Source of the DNA: Macrostomum lignano
Taxonomy: Eukaryota
Assembly (NCBI GenBank): GCA_002269645.1
Contig: NIVC01000105.1
Location: 783,992 to 847,991, forward strand
Reading direction: 5' to 3'
Length of the DNA: 64,000 bases
A model generated the notes under the pieces. That model had not been told where the DNA came from, made no database searches, and worked only from the letters and a program-made list of their open reading frames with translations. Shown here piece after piece: positions 48,881-60,684 of the stretch (position 1 is its first letter; every line of letters begins with the position of its first letter). A program made the position numbers and the translations under genes.

Positions 48881-49119
48881 ATAGACTCTTTGCTAATATT
48901 ATCAATAGAATTAGTAGCTTATATTATAAATGTATTTTTGAAAATAATTTAAATAAAATGAATTTACTGAAAGCCAAGCTAGGCCTAATGCTTCTAGCCT
49001 CTACAAACTAGAAGAACCTTTTATAACTAGGCTTATACCATAGGAATAGGATCCATTATAGGCCTAGGCTATTGCCCAACATAGAAATGCTAGGCCTATG
49101 CTTAAATGGTAATGATAGG

Positions 49120-49154
49120 AGTCATGGACTCATGGCCATCATGGGTGGCTAGTG
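49120..49154. mobile_element. Possible CACTA right terminus (...GGCTAGTG) with CATGG subterminal repeats
   Basis: GTCATGGACTCATGGCCATCATGGGTGGCTAGTG; reverse complement starts CACTAGCC; partner end not found. Confidence 0.25.
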
Positions 49155-49286
49155 AAATTGGCCTACATTGGCAATTTGGCATTGGACTAAAAAACCAAGA
49201 ATAAGGAAAATATGACAATGACCAATTGTCAGGACCATATAAAATACTGTCAACTAATAGACTATATCATGTAGCTAGGCCCTAGG

Positions 49287-52200
49287 AATTACAATCACTT
49301 CGGCGACAAGTCACTTCGGCGACAGTCACTTCCGCGACAAGTCGATCACTTCGGCGACAGTCATTTCGGCGACACATTTGGATCACTTCGGCGACAACTG
49401 TAAGTTCGCTATTTAGAGCGCATTTATATAATAACACGTAATTTTTGCCAATTATCAAAAACTTGTAGTAGTAGTAGTAAGAATTTGGCTCAGGCAATTA
49501 GCCTGTTTGGCCAATATATTATAGAGCTATGTATTTGGAAAAATTTTCGAAATAGAAGTTTATAAAGACGATTTGACGACGATTTGACGAGTTTATTGTA
49601 AAAGATAAAGTATTTGAAAGCGCGCCAGAATTTTTACGGTATTTTTGGACGAAAAGTGACGACTAACAACTAACAACGATTATAAATATTAATACAAAAA
49701 TGAGTACGAATTACTAGGTATAGCTTTAATTGCGAGATTACTTTGATTACGATAAGTTGCGAATGAAGTTCGAACGAAAAATCCAAAAAAACGAAAAAAA
49801 AACTATTTTATGCCAATATATCAAAGCATATAACCGTAATTACAATAGCATTTTAAAAAAGATCTAGATTTTTTGAAAACGTGAAGGTGGGGGGGGGGGG
49901 TAAGAAGCGGACTCAGCACTTAACTGCTATGCAGGTATATAAACATGTTATATATTTCATGCAAATAAATTTAGCTGTACATGAAATTACACCTTAATTT
50001 CGTAATTTAAATTGGTGCCAACTCGAGGCGGGTGTTAAGTAAAGCAAAGTAATCGCATTGCAATGTAATAATACTCGTATATTTTCGTTTCGTTCAATAC
50101 TTTATTCGTAACTTTATATCAGCTGAATTTCATCGCCTTAGCTCGATGGTGAGTCCAATAAATGCTGAATCATAGCTCGAACTGTTACTGGCTATGCTTT
50201 AGAGTGTGCCTAGTAAGCGAGGAGCTGTGCCATAAAAGACCTTACACGTACCTGTCATCGCGATCATCATGTGGTCAGAACGTGAGGCAGAAGAGCCTCA
50301 ACGGCTAAGACTGCCGTTGCAGAAATAAAGAAAGAGAAAGAGAATAATAATGGGCGGGTAAAGCAAGTGGGCTTTACCCGTTTTTAATGGCGGAGCGACC
50401 CGCCTCGCTGCCCCCTTTTTTATCGCCTTGTACTCATACTGGTTTTACGCGCTGTACATACGTGCTGGCTAGCACCCCTAACCCCCGGTGTGCATGTGCT
50501 TTACGAGCGTATTTATATGTTGTTCAGCTCAGCGCGCGAGGGCGCTGCTGCCGCTCAAAATTTTTCTTTTTTTAATTTCTCTAATCAATTGTAATCAATC
50601 AATTCTAATCAATACACTCGAACAATGCGTCCCAAATCGCTTTGGGGCCTGCCTCGCCTCGATCGCCACTTGCCCCGTCTCCGCCTCGTCACTCCGGACA
50701 TTAAACATGCATTAAAAGCAAAGATGTTACATGTAGCACGCAAAGAAGTCTTAGCATTACAGAAGTTAAGCATATGCAGATCAGCAGATGCACCATAGAC
50801 AGCTTAAGGTCCATTCAGCTTGCTGCAAGCCTCCAGAAGTGACTGAATCAATCTGTCTCCATCTTGATACTCCGACCAAAGTAAGTTTCTGCAACTGTGC
50901 TCCCATTTAAAATATGTGATTTTATAAGGCAGATCGATATTCGAGTTCGCTCACTTTGGCTTGACCATTCAACAAGAAATTTTACACACTAAAAAGTGCA
51001 ACCCAGAAACCGATAAATATACAGCTTCAGCTCGATCCGTCACTCTAGCTCGAAATGGCAAATTAGTGCTAATTTGGACTGTCGCTGGCGGTACTTCTTT
51101 CGCTGCAACCGCCTCAGAGCACCTTGTGACACCAACCATGCGGCCCTCGAAAATGGTGAACAGATAATATGCTTGTAATTTTATTGATTATTTATTCCAC
51201 CTTTTTTGCAGAAACGAGCTTCTTTAGAGGATCATAAAAAATGGATACGTATCAAGGACGTTCCTGCAACCAAAAAAGTTACGTATCGGAGACGTCCCAC
51301 TTTCTATTGGATACGTAATTTTGCTATGCGGGTTGATGATTCGCCGCTTGCGCCAGATTTGCAGCGTTTGGTACTGCTGGTGCGGCCTGTGTGAAGTAAA
51401 ATTAGAGATTTCAGAGGTACAGTGTACAGAAGACAGGATAGATGGTGGAGAGAAAGAGAGGAGAGAGTGGAGAGAGAAGAGGAGGCAAGAGGCAAAGGTA
51501 TGGTAATAATTAAGGTAGGTACATACGTAAGTTGCTTACAGTGAACTGATCCATTGTGTGAAGAATCTCCTCACGAGCGACCTGATTTGCCGAGACAAAC
51601 AGGTTAGCGGCAGCTCGGCCGATTACTTGTTGTCGAAGCCGAGCTCTTTCAGCTGGAGAATGCTCAGGAGGGTGACCATCCGGGAGCACCTGCGGGCGTA
51701 TGTGATGAGCTGGGACTTGACCACACCCTTGAACGTCCGCCTCGGGTGAAATGAGTCGCGGTGGATAAGAGCTCGGCTGTCCGTGGGCTTGAAGAAAACT
51801 CTGGTCGCCAGACGCTTGGAGTCCCCCTCGCGGTCCCAGAAGACGGTGGTGTCCAGGAAGTTGACCTCGGTGCTACTGTAGCTCAGCTGCAACCTGATGT
51901 TCGGGTCGAGGCCATCCGGGAGCTCATGGAAGCGGACCAGCTCGTCTCTCGTTCCGTGCCAGACGCCGAAGATGTCGTCGATGTAGCGCAGCCACAGGGC
52001 GGGCTTCTGCGGGCTGAGCTCCAGGCCCCGCTGCTCCCAGTAGCCCATGTACTCGAATATCGCTCTGCCTTATAAAATCACATGTATTTTAAATAGGAGC
52101 ACATCGAAAATCGGTGCCATTTCGAGCCAGAATGACGGATCGAGCTGAAACTTTATTTTTGCAATGTACCTAGTTGCACTTTTTTCCTGTCAAACGGCGT

Positions 52201-52415
52201 TCTAAAATATTTTTGCAGAGCAGAGATTTTGTTAATTTTCGAATATCAATCTAAATATCGATCGGGAAACAAATGCGTAGGGTTACTGCTTATGCAATGT
52301 ATGTCTGTCGCCAAAGCAATTCAAATGTGTCGCCGAAGTGACTGTCGCCGAAGTGACGACCTGTCGCCGAAGTGACTGTCGCCGAAGTGACCTGTCGCCG
52401 AAGTGATCGGTGACC
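49287..52415. mobile_element. MULE/Foldback-like element (3.1 kb) with TIRs built from tandem CACTTCGGCGACA units and a 9-bp TSD
   Basis: 49293-49400 is inverted to 52325-52410; GGCCCTAGG at 49278-49286 and 52416-52424. Confidence 0.85.
51560..52055 (-). pseudogene. Penelope-like element RT fragment (YIDD and thumb)
   Basis: LWLRYIDDIFGVW..VNFLDTTV..FFKPTDSRALIHRDSFHPRRTFKGVVKSQLITYARRCS. Confidence 0.85.
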
Positions 52416-52888
52416 GGCCCTAGGCCCCTAGCCAGGCTAGCCTAGCAAAATTTGCCCTAGAAAAGTTATAGAAAAATTAGGGCCTATAGGCAATAAAGCC
52501 AATAATCAGTCCCCAACTCCCCACTCCACATTCGGATTAGGACTTAATTAAATAAGGATAGGCCTAGGACGGCTAGGTTGGGCCTATTTTTTATTAATTT
52601 AAGTCTGTTAAATAAACAATCAACAAACTTAAAGGGATGTACTTAAATTATTATTGGTCTTTTCCACGTATTACTACATTGGCTGTCAGCATGCAGGGAG
52701 TATGCTGTTGCAGGGACATTTTACTGGGAGCACGCTCTAACTACTAGCGGACTACCCAAGTTAGAGCGTGCTCTAAGAAGCTAGCTAACTATATCTGAAC
52801 CTAGGTGAGTGTTGCCCTAATGATAATATTGAACAATTATTGAGGCTTTATTATGGGCTGTTACGGTGACCGTGTAAATACCGAGGCC

Positions 52889-53267
52889 GGTCTCTCTAAA
52901 ACACGCACCGCACCGCCCGGAACCGCTACACATTATATCATTTTTTGTCAATGCAGTATTTGATTGCAAAGAAAACTATTTGTTGTAAAAGTAATGGAAT
53001 AAATAACTTTAATTATTATTTTAAATATTATTATTATTTTTCATATTTTCGTTTTCATTATTATATTATCTTATTATTTTTCATTAATATTATTATTAAT
53101 ACCACTTATTATTCACCGAATTTTATATTTCAAAGTAAAAAAACTAAATTTAATAAAAACTTAATGCTTAACAGAAAACGCATTTTGAAATGTCTTCAGT
53201 TGTAGTCCAATTTGTTTTAATGTGTAGCGCTGCGCGGGCGGTGCGGTGCGTGTTTTATAGGGAGACC
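52889..53267. mobile_element. MITE-like inverted repeat element
   Basis: GGTCTCTCTAAAACACGCACCGCACCGCCCG..GCTACACATTA versus its reverse complement at 53218-53267. Confidence 0.7.
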
Positions 53268-53806
53268 CAAGAGCGAGACTGTTATTTTTACGGTTAATAC
53301 TTAAAACAAATACCATCTAAATGAAGTGAACGAACATGACCGGTTTTTCAGTTCCAGTTCCCGATAAGATAAAAATAACAAAAAGATCAATTTTGCAAAA
53401 AAACTTGAATGTAATAGAACGATTTTTGACTCGAAACTAAAATTTACCATCTGAAATCTGTCTATATATAAAAAAATCAGCTTCACAGACCTTACTGTTG
53501 CTTCAGTGCACGTCTCTAATCTTGCATAGCGTGATGTTGAAACGTCAGTAATTGCAGAATTTCGCATACAGGCCAAATCGTTCTGCCCCTGGAACTACGA
53601 ATTAAATACCCAACAACTACTGTTAACAAATTTCATTTTCGCAATTTGCCATCTGAAATCTGTGTATATATAAAAAATCAGCTCCACAGACCTTACTACT
53701 GTTGCTTTTTAGTGCAGGTCTCCTATCTTGCATTGCTGAGGTGCTGATCGCAGTCGCGCAGCGGGATCTGCCAGAATCCTTGAGCGAGATCCAAGCTAGA
53801 GTACCA

Positions 53807-55180
53807 CTAGGCACCACGCAGCTTTGCGAAGGTCTCCTGAATGTGCGGCAGCGGGTACGGGTGGTACACGCACTTGTCGTTGAGAGCTCTGAAGTCATGC
53901 ACCAGCCTGATGTTGCCGTCCTTCTTGGGCACTATCAGCATTGGCGAGTTGTAACTAGAATACGCTGGGCGAATGATGTGCTTCGCCAGCATCTCGTCTA
54001 GCAGGGCGTCTAACTTGTCCTTCAGATGAGGCGGGATCCTGCGCGGTGGTAGCGCAACTGGTGTCCGATCCTTCAGGATGATCTCGTGGGTCACCAGGTG
54101 TGTCAGGCCAGCGTCTAGCAGGTGCTTCGAGAAGGCTGCTTGACACTCAACTAGTAGATCTCGCACTCTCTGTCGTTGATCTTCGGACAGTTCGCTGTTG
54201 ATCTCGACTTCCTCTAGCCAAGCTGTGCTGGACTCTTCAGGGCTCCTTGGCAAATGTTGTACTTCAGGTTCCGGCGTCTCTTCCAGGTACATCAGGTCGG
54301 CAGTTCTAAGTGGTGTCGCAACACCAACGCGGATGCCCGACTGCAGGAACACCTCGCAGTCAGCAGTGTTGACGACCTCGATGTAGCCTCGACCTTCAGG
54401 CATCATCATCAGAGCTGGAGCTGCTTCCAGAGTGTTGCAGCTGGGGTGCAGTCTCGACTTCACCAGCTCGACGATTGATGGCGATCCTCGGTTCTCGGGG
54501 TGGCCGACATCCAACTGGACGGCCAACAGCGCTGAGCTTCTGGGCGGCAGAGTGCACTTCTCGGAGGTGTACACCCGGCATGATTGAAGCTCACGGCGCG
54601 AATAGCGAACGGGAATGCACGCGCCATTGTTGAACTTTAACATTCCTTGAGCAAAATCCAAGTTTTGGCAGTGTTCACGCATGAAATCAATACCAAGCAA
54701 ATTTTCACAATCGGTGACCGTGACCAGGAATTCGGTGTCCGCGACGACATCACCGAACTCCACCGGGATGATCACCTTACACGCAAGGGGTAGCTGCGTA
54801 CCGTCGTACATGGTCACGCAATCCGGGATAGCATGCGATATGATACAACGAGGCATCCGACGTCTAACATTGGCCCAGGTCGACGCTCGAAGAAAGTTTT
54901 TCCGGCTGCCGCTGTCTAGCAGGAAGGAAACCTCTCGGCCCGCCAATCGGCCGGTGACGTACGGATCGGCCTCACGCGCATGGATTTTTTGATCATCGGA
55001 GGTGTCCACGAAACCTCCGCACTCAGCCTCACTTACTGATGAGCGACTGTCGGACTGGGCATTGGCGCCTGCGCAGCCGACATCCTCTTCTTCTGGTGAG
55101 CGTTCGGAGTCTGCCAAGTAGCCGGGGCTTGGGCTCTGCGGAGGGCGTTGCTGTGGGCGCTCTCCTTCTCGCCGTTTCCC
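53807..55180 (-). pseudogene. pol: Gypsy-2 pol (protease and RT N-terminus), entered by -1 frameshift
   Basis: G GGA AAC heptamer at 55180-55174; DSG protease; RT motifs; TAG at 53809-53807. Confidence 0.88.
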
Positions 55181-56082
55181 TGGTTCTGGCGTAACGGGCA
55201 CTGTGCATTGCGATGACCAGACTGACCGCAGCCATAGCAGATCATGGCTTTCGAAGGCGGACTCGTCTTCTGCTGCTGGTCACGCTGCACCAGGTTGTCT
55301 AGCAGTCGCTGCTGTTTCTCTAGCAGATCAGTCAGAGCTAGGAGAGCTTGAGCGGTGGCGTCGGGCGTCGGGTCACCGTCGCGCTCCCCGTTCAGCATGC
55401 GAACCGGGGGTTGAGCAGAGCGCTGCGCCAGTTCTTTGGCGCCTTCCAGACGATGGAGTTCTCGAATAGCGGCCAGAAGATTGTTCGGGTGGACCCAATA
55501 GAGCCGCTCGCGCAGATCTGGTGTCGTCCTGATGCCAGCTAGGAACTGATCAGCCAGCTCCCGCTCTCGATCCTCAGGGTGCATTCGAGGGTACGCTCGC
55601 TCTCCCAAGGTGCGCAGGGCGTCAGCGTACTCTTCCGCTGACTCATTCTTGCCTTTCTGACGGCGCCTCAGCAGCTCTCGATATTCATCAGCGCCACCGT
55701 GGCGGGCGAATCTCTCGATCAATCGCTGCTTGTCCTCCTCGTAGCCAGCATAGCGTGGGAGGTGCATACTGAGCAGAGCCGGCTAAGCAGTCGCCAGGTC
55801 TAGACTCGCAACGAGGTGCTGCTTCATCTCGATCGGGTCTTCGATGCGCTCCATCTCGCAGCGTTGCTCGAACGCGGCGAGCCAGACATGGATGTCCTGG
55901 CTGGGCGTGTACTTTACAATCTTAACAGACTTGCTTACCGGCCGCTCCATCTGCTGCTGCAGAGCTGCCATCATCGTTCTCACATCCTGGGGCCTGATGT
56001 TCTGGCCGAGGTCATCCAAACCTGGCAGAAGCTCGTCTGGCGGGTCTTCGGACACTTCGCTTCTCGCACTTCGCCGCGGCAT
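55033..56082 (-). pseudogene. gag: Gypsy-2 gag with one in-frame TAG at 55785-55783
   Basis: ORFs 56082-55783 and 55767-55033 share a frame; LRRRQKGKNESAEEYADALRTLGERAYP; CCHC knuckle. Confidence 0.88.
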
Positions 56083-56315
56083 CTGCTGACCAAGGTCGTT
56101 GACCGCTGCTGCTGCGGCAGCCGATGCTGCTGCAGGTCTCGAACTGCTGATGTGCTAATCCGGCCGGCTGCTGCACCGGCTCTCGTCTCTCTCGTTAAAC
56201 ATTTCAAATTAGTAGAATAGCCGAATTCTTACTCGAAAGAGCGGTTGTCTTGGGTGTTTCGAAGTCGGATCCTTGACTTGTCGCTCGAATCCCTGATAGT
56301 CGTGTCGTTGACTCG

Positions 56316-56337
56316 TCGAATCCCACCGCTGCCACCA
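56316..56337 (-). promoter_or_regulatory. Primer binding site complementary to the tRNA-Leu 3' end
   Basis: Minus strand TGGTGGCAGCGGTGGGATTCGA, 1 nt after the LTR CA. Confidence 0.92.
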
Positions 56338-59300
56338 ATGAAGTGTTTGCTTCGGTTACTCCCCAATCAGTCGCGAGAGCTGCCTACCTTGAGCTCTCCT
56401 GGGAAGTCCTCGAGTTGATCTTGTAGCGTCGGTAGTGCTGCCACCAGCTTCGCAGAGTCGCAGCCTTCGGTGAGGTGCTGAGCTCGTAGAAGCAAATAAC
56501 TAAGACGAGAGAAAGAGACTCGCACTTCGTGCAGATTTAGCAGTTCTCGCGCAGAGGTGCCCACCGTCAGCAGTCCCTGCCGGGCTGGTGCGGGGTGAGA
56601 GCGAAAGTGCTAGCTTCGGGCGATCCGAGCTGGCCTGCTAATTGATAGCAGGAACAATCAGAGGCAGTCACGCGCAAAGTCGGGAGTCTTGGAGTTTAAA
56701 CTTTGGCACACTCGCTGAGCGAAACGGCGGAAAGGAGAAATGAATACGGAAAAACGCGGGCACAGAAAGGGCGAACGGAAGGGTTGTCTGAGCCAAGCCA
56801 TGAGAGGGGCTGCATTTATAGGGAGGATCGATTGCACCATAGCACGAAAGGCCCCCGCTGAGAGTCATAAGTGACTCTGTTGCTATTTTTAGCAACAAAC
56901 AAGCGGGCCCTGCCTCAGAGGAGGCAAGGGGGGGCGCACGTGATCTCCCCATAAACACGAGCCCAGCGTACAATGATGAAATCGTTGCACTTTGGACTAA
57001 AGAAGGAAGAAGGCCTTGTCATGTGACTGGCTCACATGACAAGGGGAAAAGGCCCACAAGTGAAGGCACTCGTGACCGTGGGACCGGAAAACAGAAAGGC
57101 ACTCCAAATTTGGAGATGCCAAACAGAGAACGAAACAGAGGCAGGCCAGACCAAGCTGTCTTGGCACTGCAAAAAGGGAAAACGAGACAAAAGGGGGCAA
57201 ACGAGGACAAACAGACAGACAGGCAAACGGGCAGAGGACAGGCCAGAGGACAGGCGGGAGGGACAGGCAACTGCCCAGCGGCAGACAGAAGCCTGGGGCG
57301 AGGGTGAGGGCAACAGCTGACTAGTGCGGCGCCTAACTAAACTAGCGACTCACTACAGATGTTTTAAACGTCAAAACTGTACGATTTCGTAGCTACAAGG
57401 TTTTGTAACTTTGAATTTATAAAATAACCAGCGTATACTCGTAGGTAATTATAGAACAACAACAAAAAAATATGCAGTAGTCAGTGGAGGGAGCATCAGA
57501 TGACATGTCGAAGCGCCAGCGGGCGAAGAATAAGTCCGGCCCATGATCAACGGTGTCGGGCGCCCCAAGTTGCTCAGGATGCAGTCCACGTCGTATCTCC
57601 GGGTCCTCGATATAGCTTAAGCCCGCCTGAATGGTCGATTCCCGCAAAGTGAGCGGCACGCAGGATGTCCTGGACAGGCTTTGGTCAATAGCCCGGATCA
57701 CGTAGCGCCTGTCAGTTTGAGTCGCGATCGCCGTGTCGGCGCAAGATTGTACATGTATTTTTCGTCTTGCAGCTGTGCGTCCTCTCGCACAGGCCCTCGG
57801 ACTGGACGCTTTTTGTCAGCCTGAATGCACGGAACAGCCCCACGGGCCGAGTGCACTAATCGTAATGGTGCGAGTGACCGTAAAAATAACAGTTTTGCTA
57901 TCTATACGGTTATATTAAGTAAAGACCATAGGCCTGCATAGTGTCTTGTTGTTCTTGTTGTTCTTGTTGTTCTTAACCGTTTTGTTATTTATACGGTCAC
58001 GTCACCGTAACAATAACAATTGCCTTTATTATGGACCTAAGGTGTAGACTAGCCAAAAAAATTAAATTTTCCCAATAACTTTTCCGTTTGCCGGTTTGCC
58101 TACCAGTATTACTCGGTTATAATACAAAATAATAACTGCTCTGCAATGCTATCCCTGGTTTTTAGTAGTAGTAGGAATCATTTTTCATGCAGATACAGGA
58201 CGATTTACTAAAAGCTCCGGAAAGTACGTATTAAAACACACGTTCGAAAGTTGTTGAATTAGTAATTAATTAAGATTAGGAATTTCGCTGTATAATAAAT
58301 AAAAGTTAATACTAAACAAAACCACGCGTATAAATATAGCGGAACAGCTAAAAGTTTGTTTTTTTGTCAAATAAAAATGTCTGACCAAATTCATTTCTGC
58401 TTTGATCCACTCAAGGACTATAATTCCAGAATTTCCATTTTCTGCGAAAGTAGCAGATTTCAAAGTGCAAAGTCGCCCCCCGGGCCCCCTAGTTTATTGT
58501 ATTCAATAATTATTTGCTGTTTAAATTGAATCCATACGCAATTTACAAGAATATGTCCTGACTTATACTTGGATTATTTAATTACTAAAATAGTATAGCA
58601 GGCCTAGGCTTAATAGGCCTCTAAGTTTTTCTTTTCTTATTAAGTTAATTAAGTAGGCTAACTTGCAAGTTGCAATTAGATCTTTTTATAATTGGTGTTA
58701 ACTAAGTCAGACATATTATGTTATGTCCGTTTTGATGTTTTATTCTATTAACCTCTTTAATGGAGACTAGGCCATACCCATAATCTGTTAAAGTAAGGTC
58801 TATTTAACTAAGCTAAGCTAAACTAGCCATACATACTAAGCTAGTCCTATGTATTAAATTAGTATCCTAATTCCTAGGACCTTGACTATAGCTTTACCTT
58901 CGTTTATTTTTCTATAAAGCATTATTTAAATCTTATTGTTTTTTATATAAAAATCACAAAACTTTCAAAATACATTTAATTACATTTAAAAAACTTTTAA
59001 GATATATTATATTCATATATATAAATTCCATGAGCATTGGATATGCTCATTCTAGAACAAATAATACAGTGGCTGGTACCTACCCATCAATAGTCTAGAT
59101 ATTATAGCAAGCATTTAATTTTATTTCTTTGTTTGTTTTACTTTCATTTTCTTAGCAGGTTTTATGCTAATTCCATTTTAGTTATTATTATTTTAAGATT
59201 CTTCTTTGATTCAAATTTTGTTATACAGTTTATACCAAACCTTACTTTGGTTGGCCATTTTTATATACAGCCAACATAGCTATAGGCATCTGATCAAAGT

Positions 59301-60684
59301 ATTAGTCCATTAGCATATGATGCTTTTTTATACACTGAGCAGAACAATCCCAAGTTATACTTTTTATTTATAGTGATGGTCATCTAAGCATCTATAGCCT
59401 TAGAATGATATAGAATAATAAGTCTAAATTCATACTTACTCATTATTAGTATATGCACTAATTTAAGTAAAAAATAAACATTTTGGCTATAGACTATTGT
59501 CTAATAATAGCTTTTTCACATTATAATACATTATAACATATTATAACAAGTTTTGAAATATAAAGAATTTTTCTGATTCATAGCTGAAGGACAGCCTTTT
59601 AGACAGATTTATTTAGATATATATAATATTCCTTAACATTGATATATTTTTATTTGCTTAAAAGTAAGCAAAACAGGCAGAATTTACTATTTAGCCTTAT
59701 TGTAAAAGCACTTTTGTGGAAAGTTGTTTGATGCATGCAGTTTGCCAAAGCTCAAGTATCTACAAAAAGAGGGCTAGCTTTTTTACTGCACTATTCCCTA
59801 TTGGAATAAGTATTTATTTTGCATATGCCTGTCCATTGTGCCTAAGAAAGGGCAGGTGGTGGGTGCACTAGGTATGTCTGCATGTACATGTATGTGTGAG
59901 TGCATAGGCATGCGCATGAGTTCATGGCCTATGCTTCACTTACAAAATGAATAGGCAAATGTAGAAAACTAGAAAAGTGTAATTCAAAGGCCTAACATTC
60001 AACATTCTTGGCCAAATAGTTTTCTATTGTTTATCAATTACTTTTATCTCATGCAATAAATACTTAGCTACCAAAATTTATCATTATTTACAAATGTAAA
60101 TACAGTACAATTATTACCTGCAACAAAATTTGTTAAACTATGTTAATGATTTCTAGAAATCATACATGTGCAACTGAGCACTGGCCAACCTAGCTAATCT
60201 GGCCACCATAAATTGTGGTGGACCGTGGATAAGTTGCAAAAATGCCTACCCAAAAATATAAAGGTAGTGCTAATTAGATGACAAGGCATTTAGCCCTAAA
60301 AAGACAGTTATAGTTACTTCAGTCTTTTGCACAGGAGGTGTCCAAGCCACTTATTTTGATAGGGCTGTGCAGGCGTGCCCCTCTGAAGTACCCCTGCGCG
60401 GCGTCCATGGGTTTTGGTGATTCTATTCCAATAGAGGCACAAATAACAGTCTAGTATGATTTAAGCCTTAGCTACAATAGGGACACTTCGCTGGTTTTTT
60501 TCAGTTGTTGACAGGAAAATATTGCTGAAAGTTGTGTATCAGTGTGCCTACAATCATGTTGCAGTCATTTTGCATATGGGACATAACATGAAATTTACCA
60601 ATTCCAGCTTTAAGTGTTCACAATTTAACTCTCGATTTGAATTGGTTCATCTTTGTGTTTTAAGTTTGTGAAAGTCTAGCAAGA

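Larger units (their letters stand above)
53730..56972 (-). mobile_element. Ty3/Gypsy element (Gypsy-2): 5' LTR, PBS, gag, protease and RT N-part; 3' end missing
   Basis: LTR 56972-56339 (TGTACG...CTTCA on minus); Gag with CYGCGQSGHRNAQC; FLLDSGS; SPMLIVPKKDGNIRLVHDFRALN; sequence ends shortly after LDLAQGFWQ. Confidence 0.93.
52856..58024. mobile_element. MULE-like element (5.2 kb) with 9-bp TSD containing a MITE and a truncated Gypsy
   Basis: TTTATTATG at 52847-52855 and 58025-58033; GG..CC ends; GTTACGGTGAC/GTCACCGTAAC and ACTGTTATTTTTACGG/CCGTAAAAATAACAGT inverted pairs. Confidence 0.75.

Noticed and set aside
56316-56337. tRNA-Leu gene
   Set aside because: Only the 3' 22 nt including CCA are present, adjacent to an LTR; this is a PBS.
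59796-60440. Second complete copy of the CCCTATTGGAATAAG element
   Set aside because: The left TIR is clear, but candidate right ends (~60350-60364, ~60422-60436) are degenerate and the TSDs do not match exactly.
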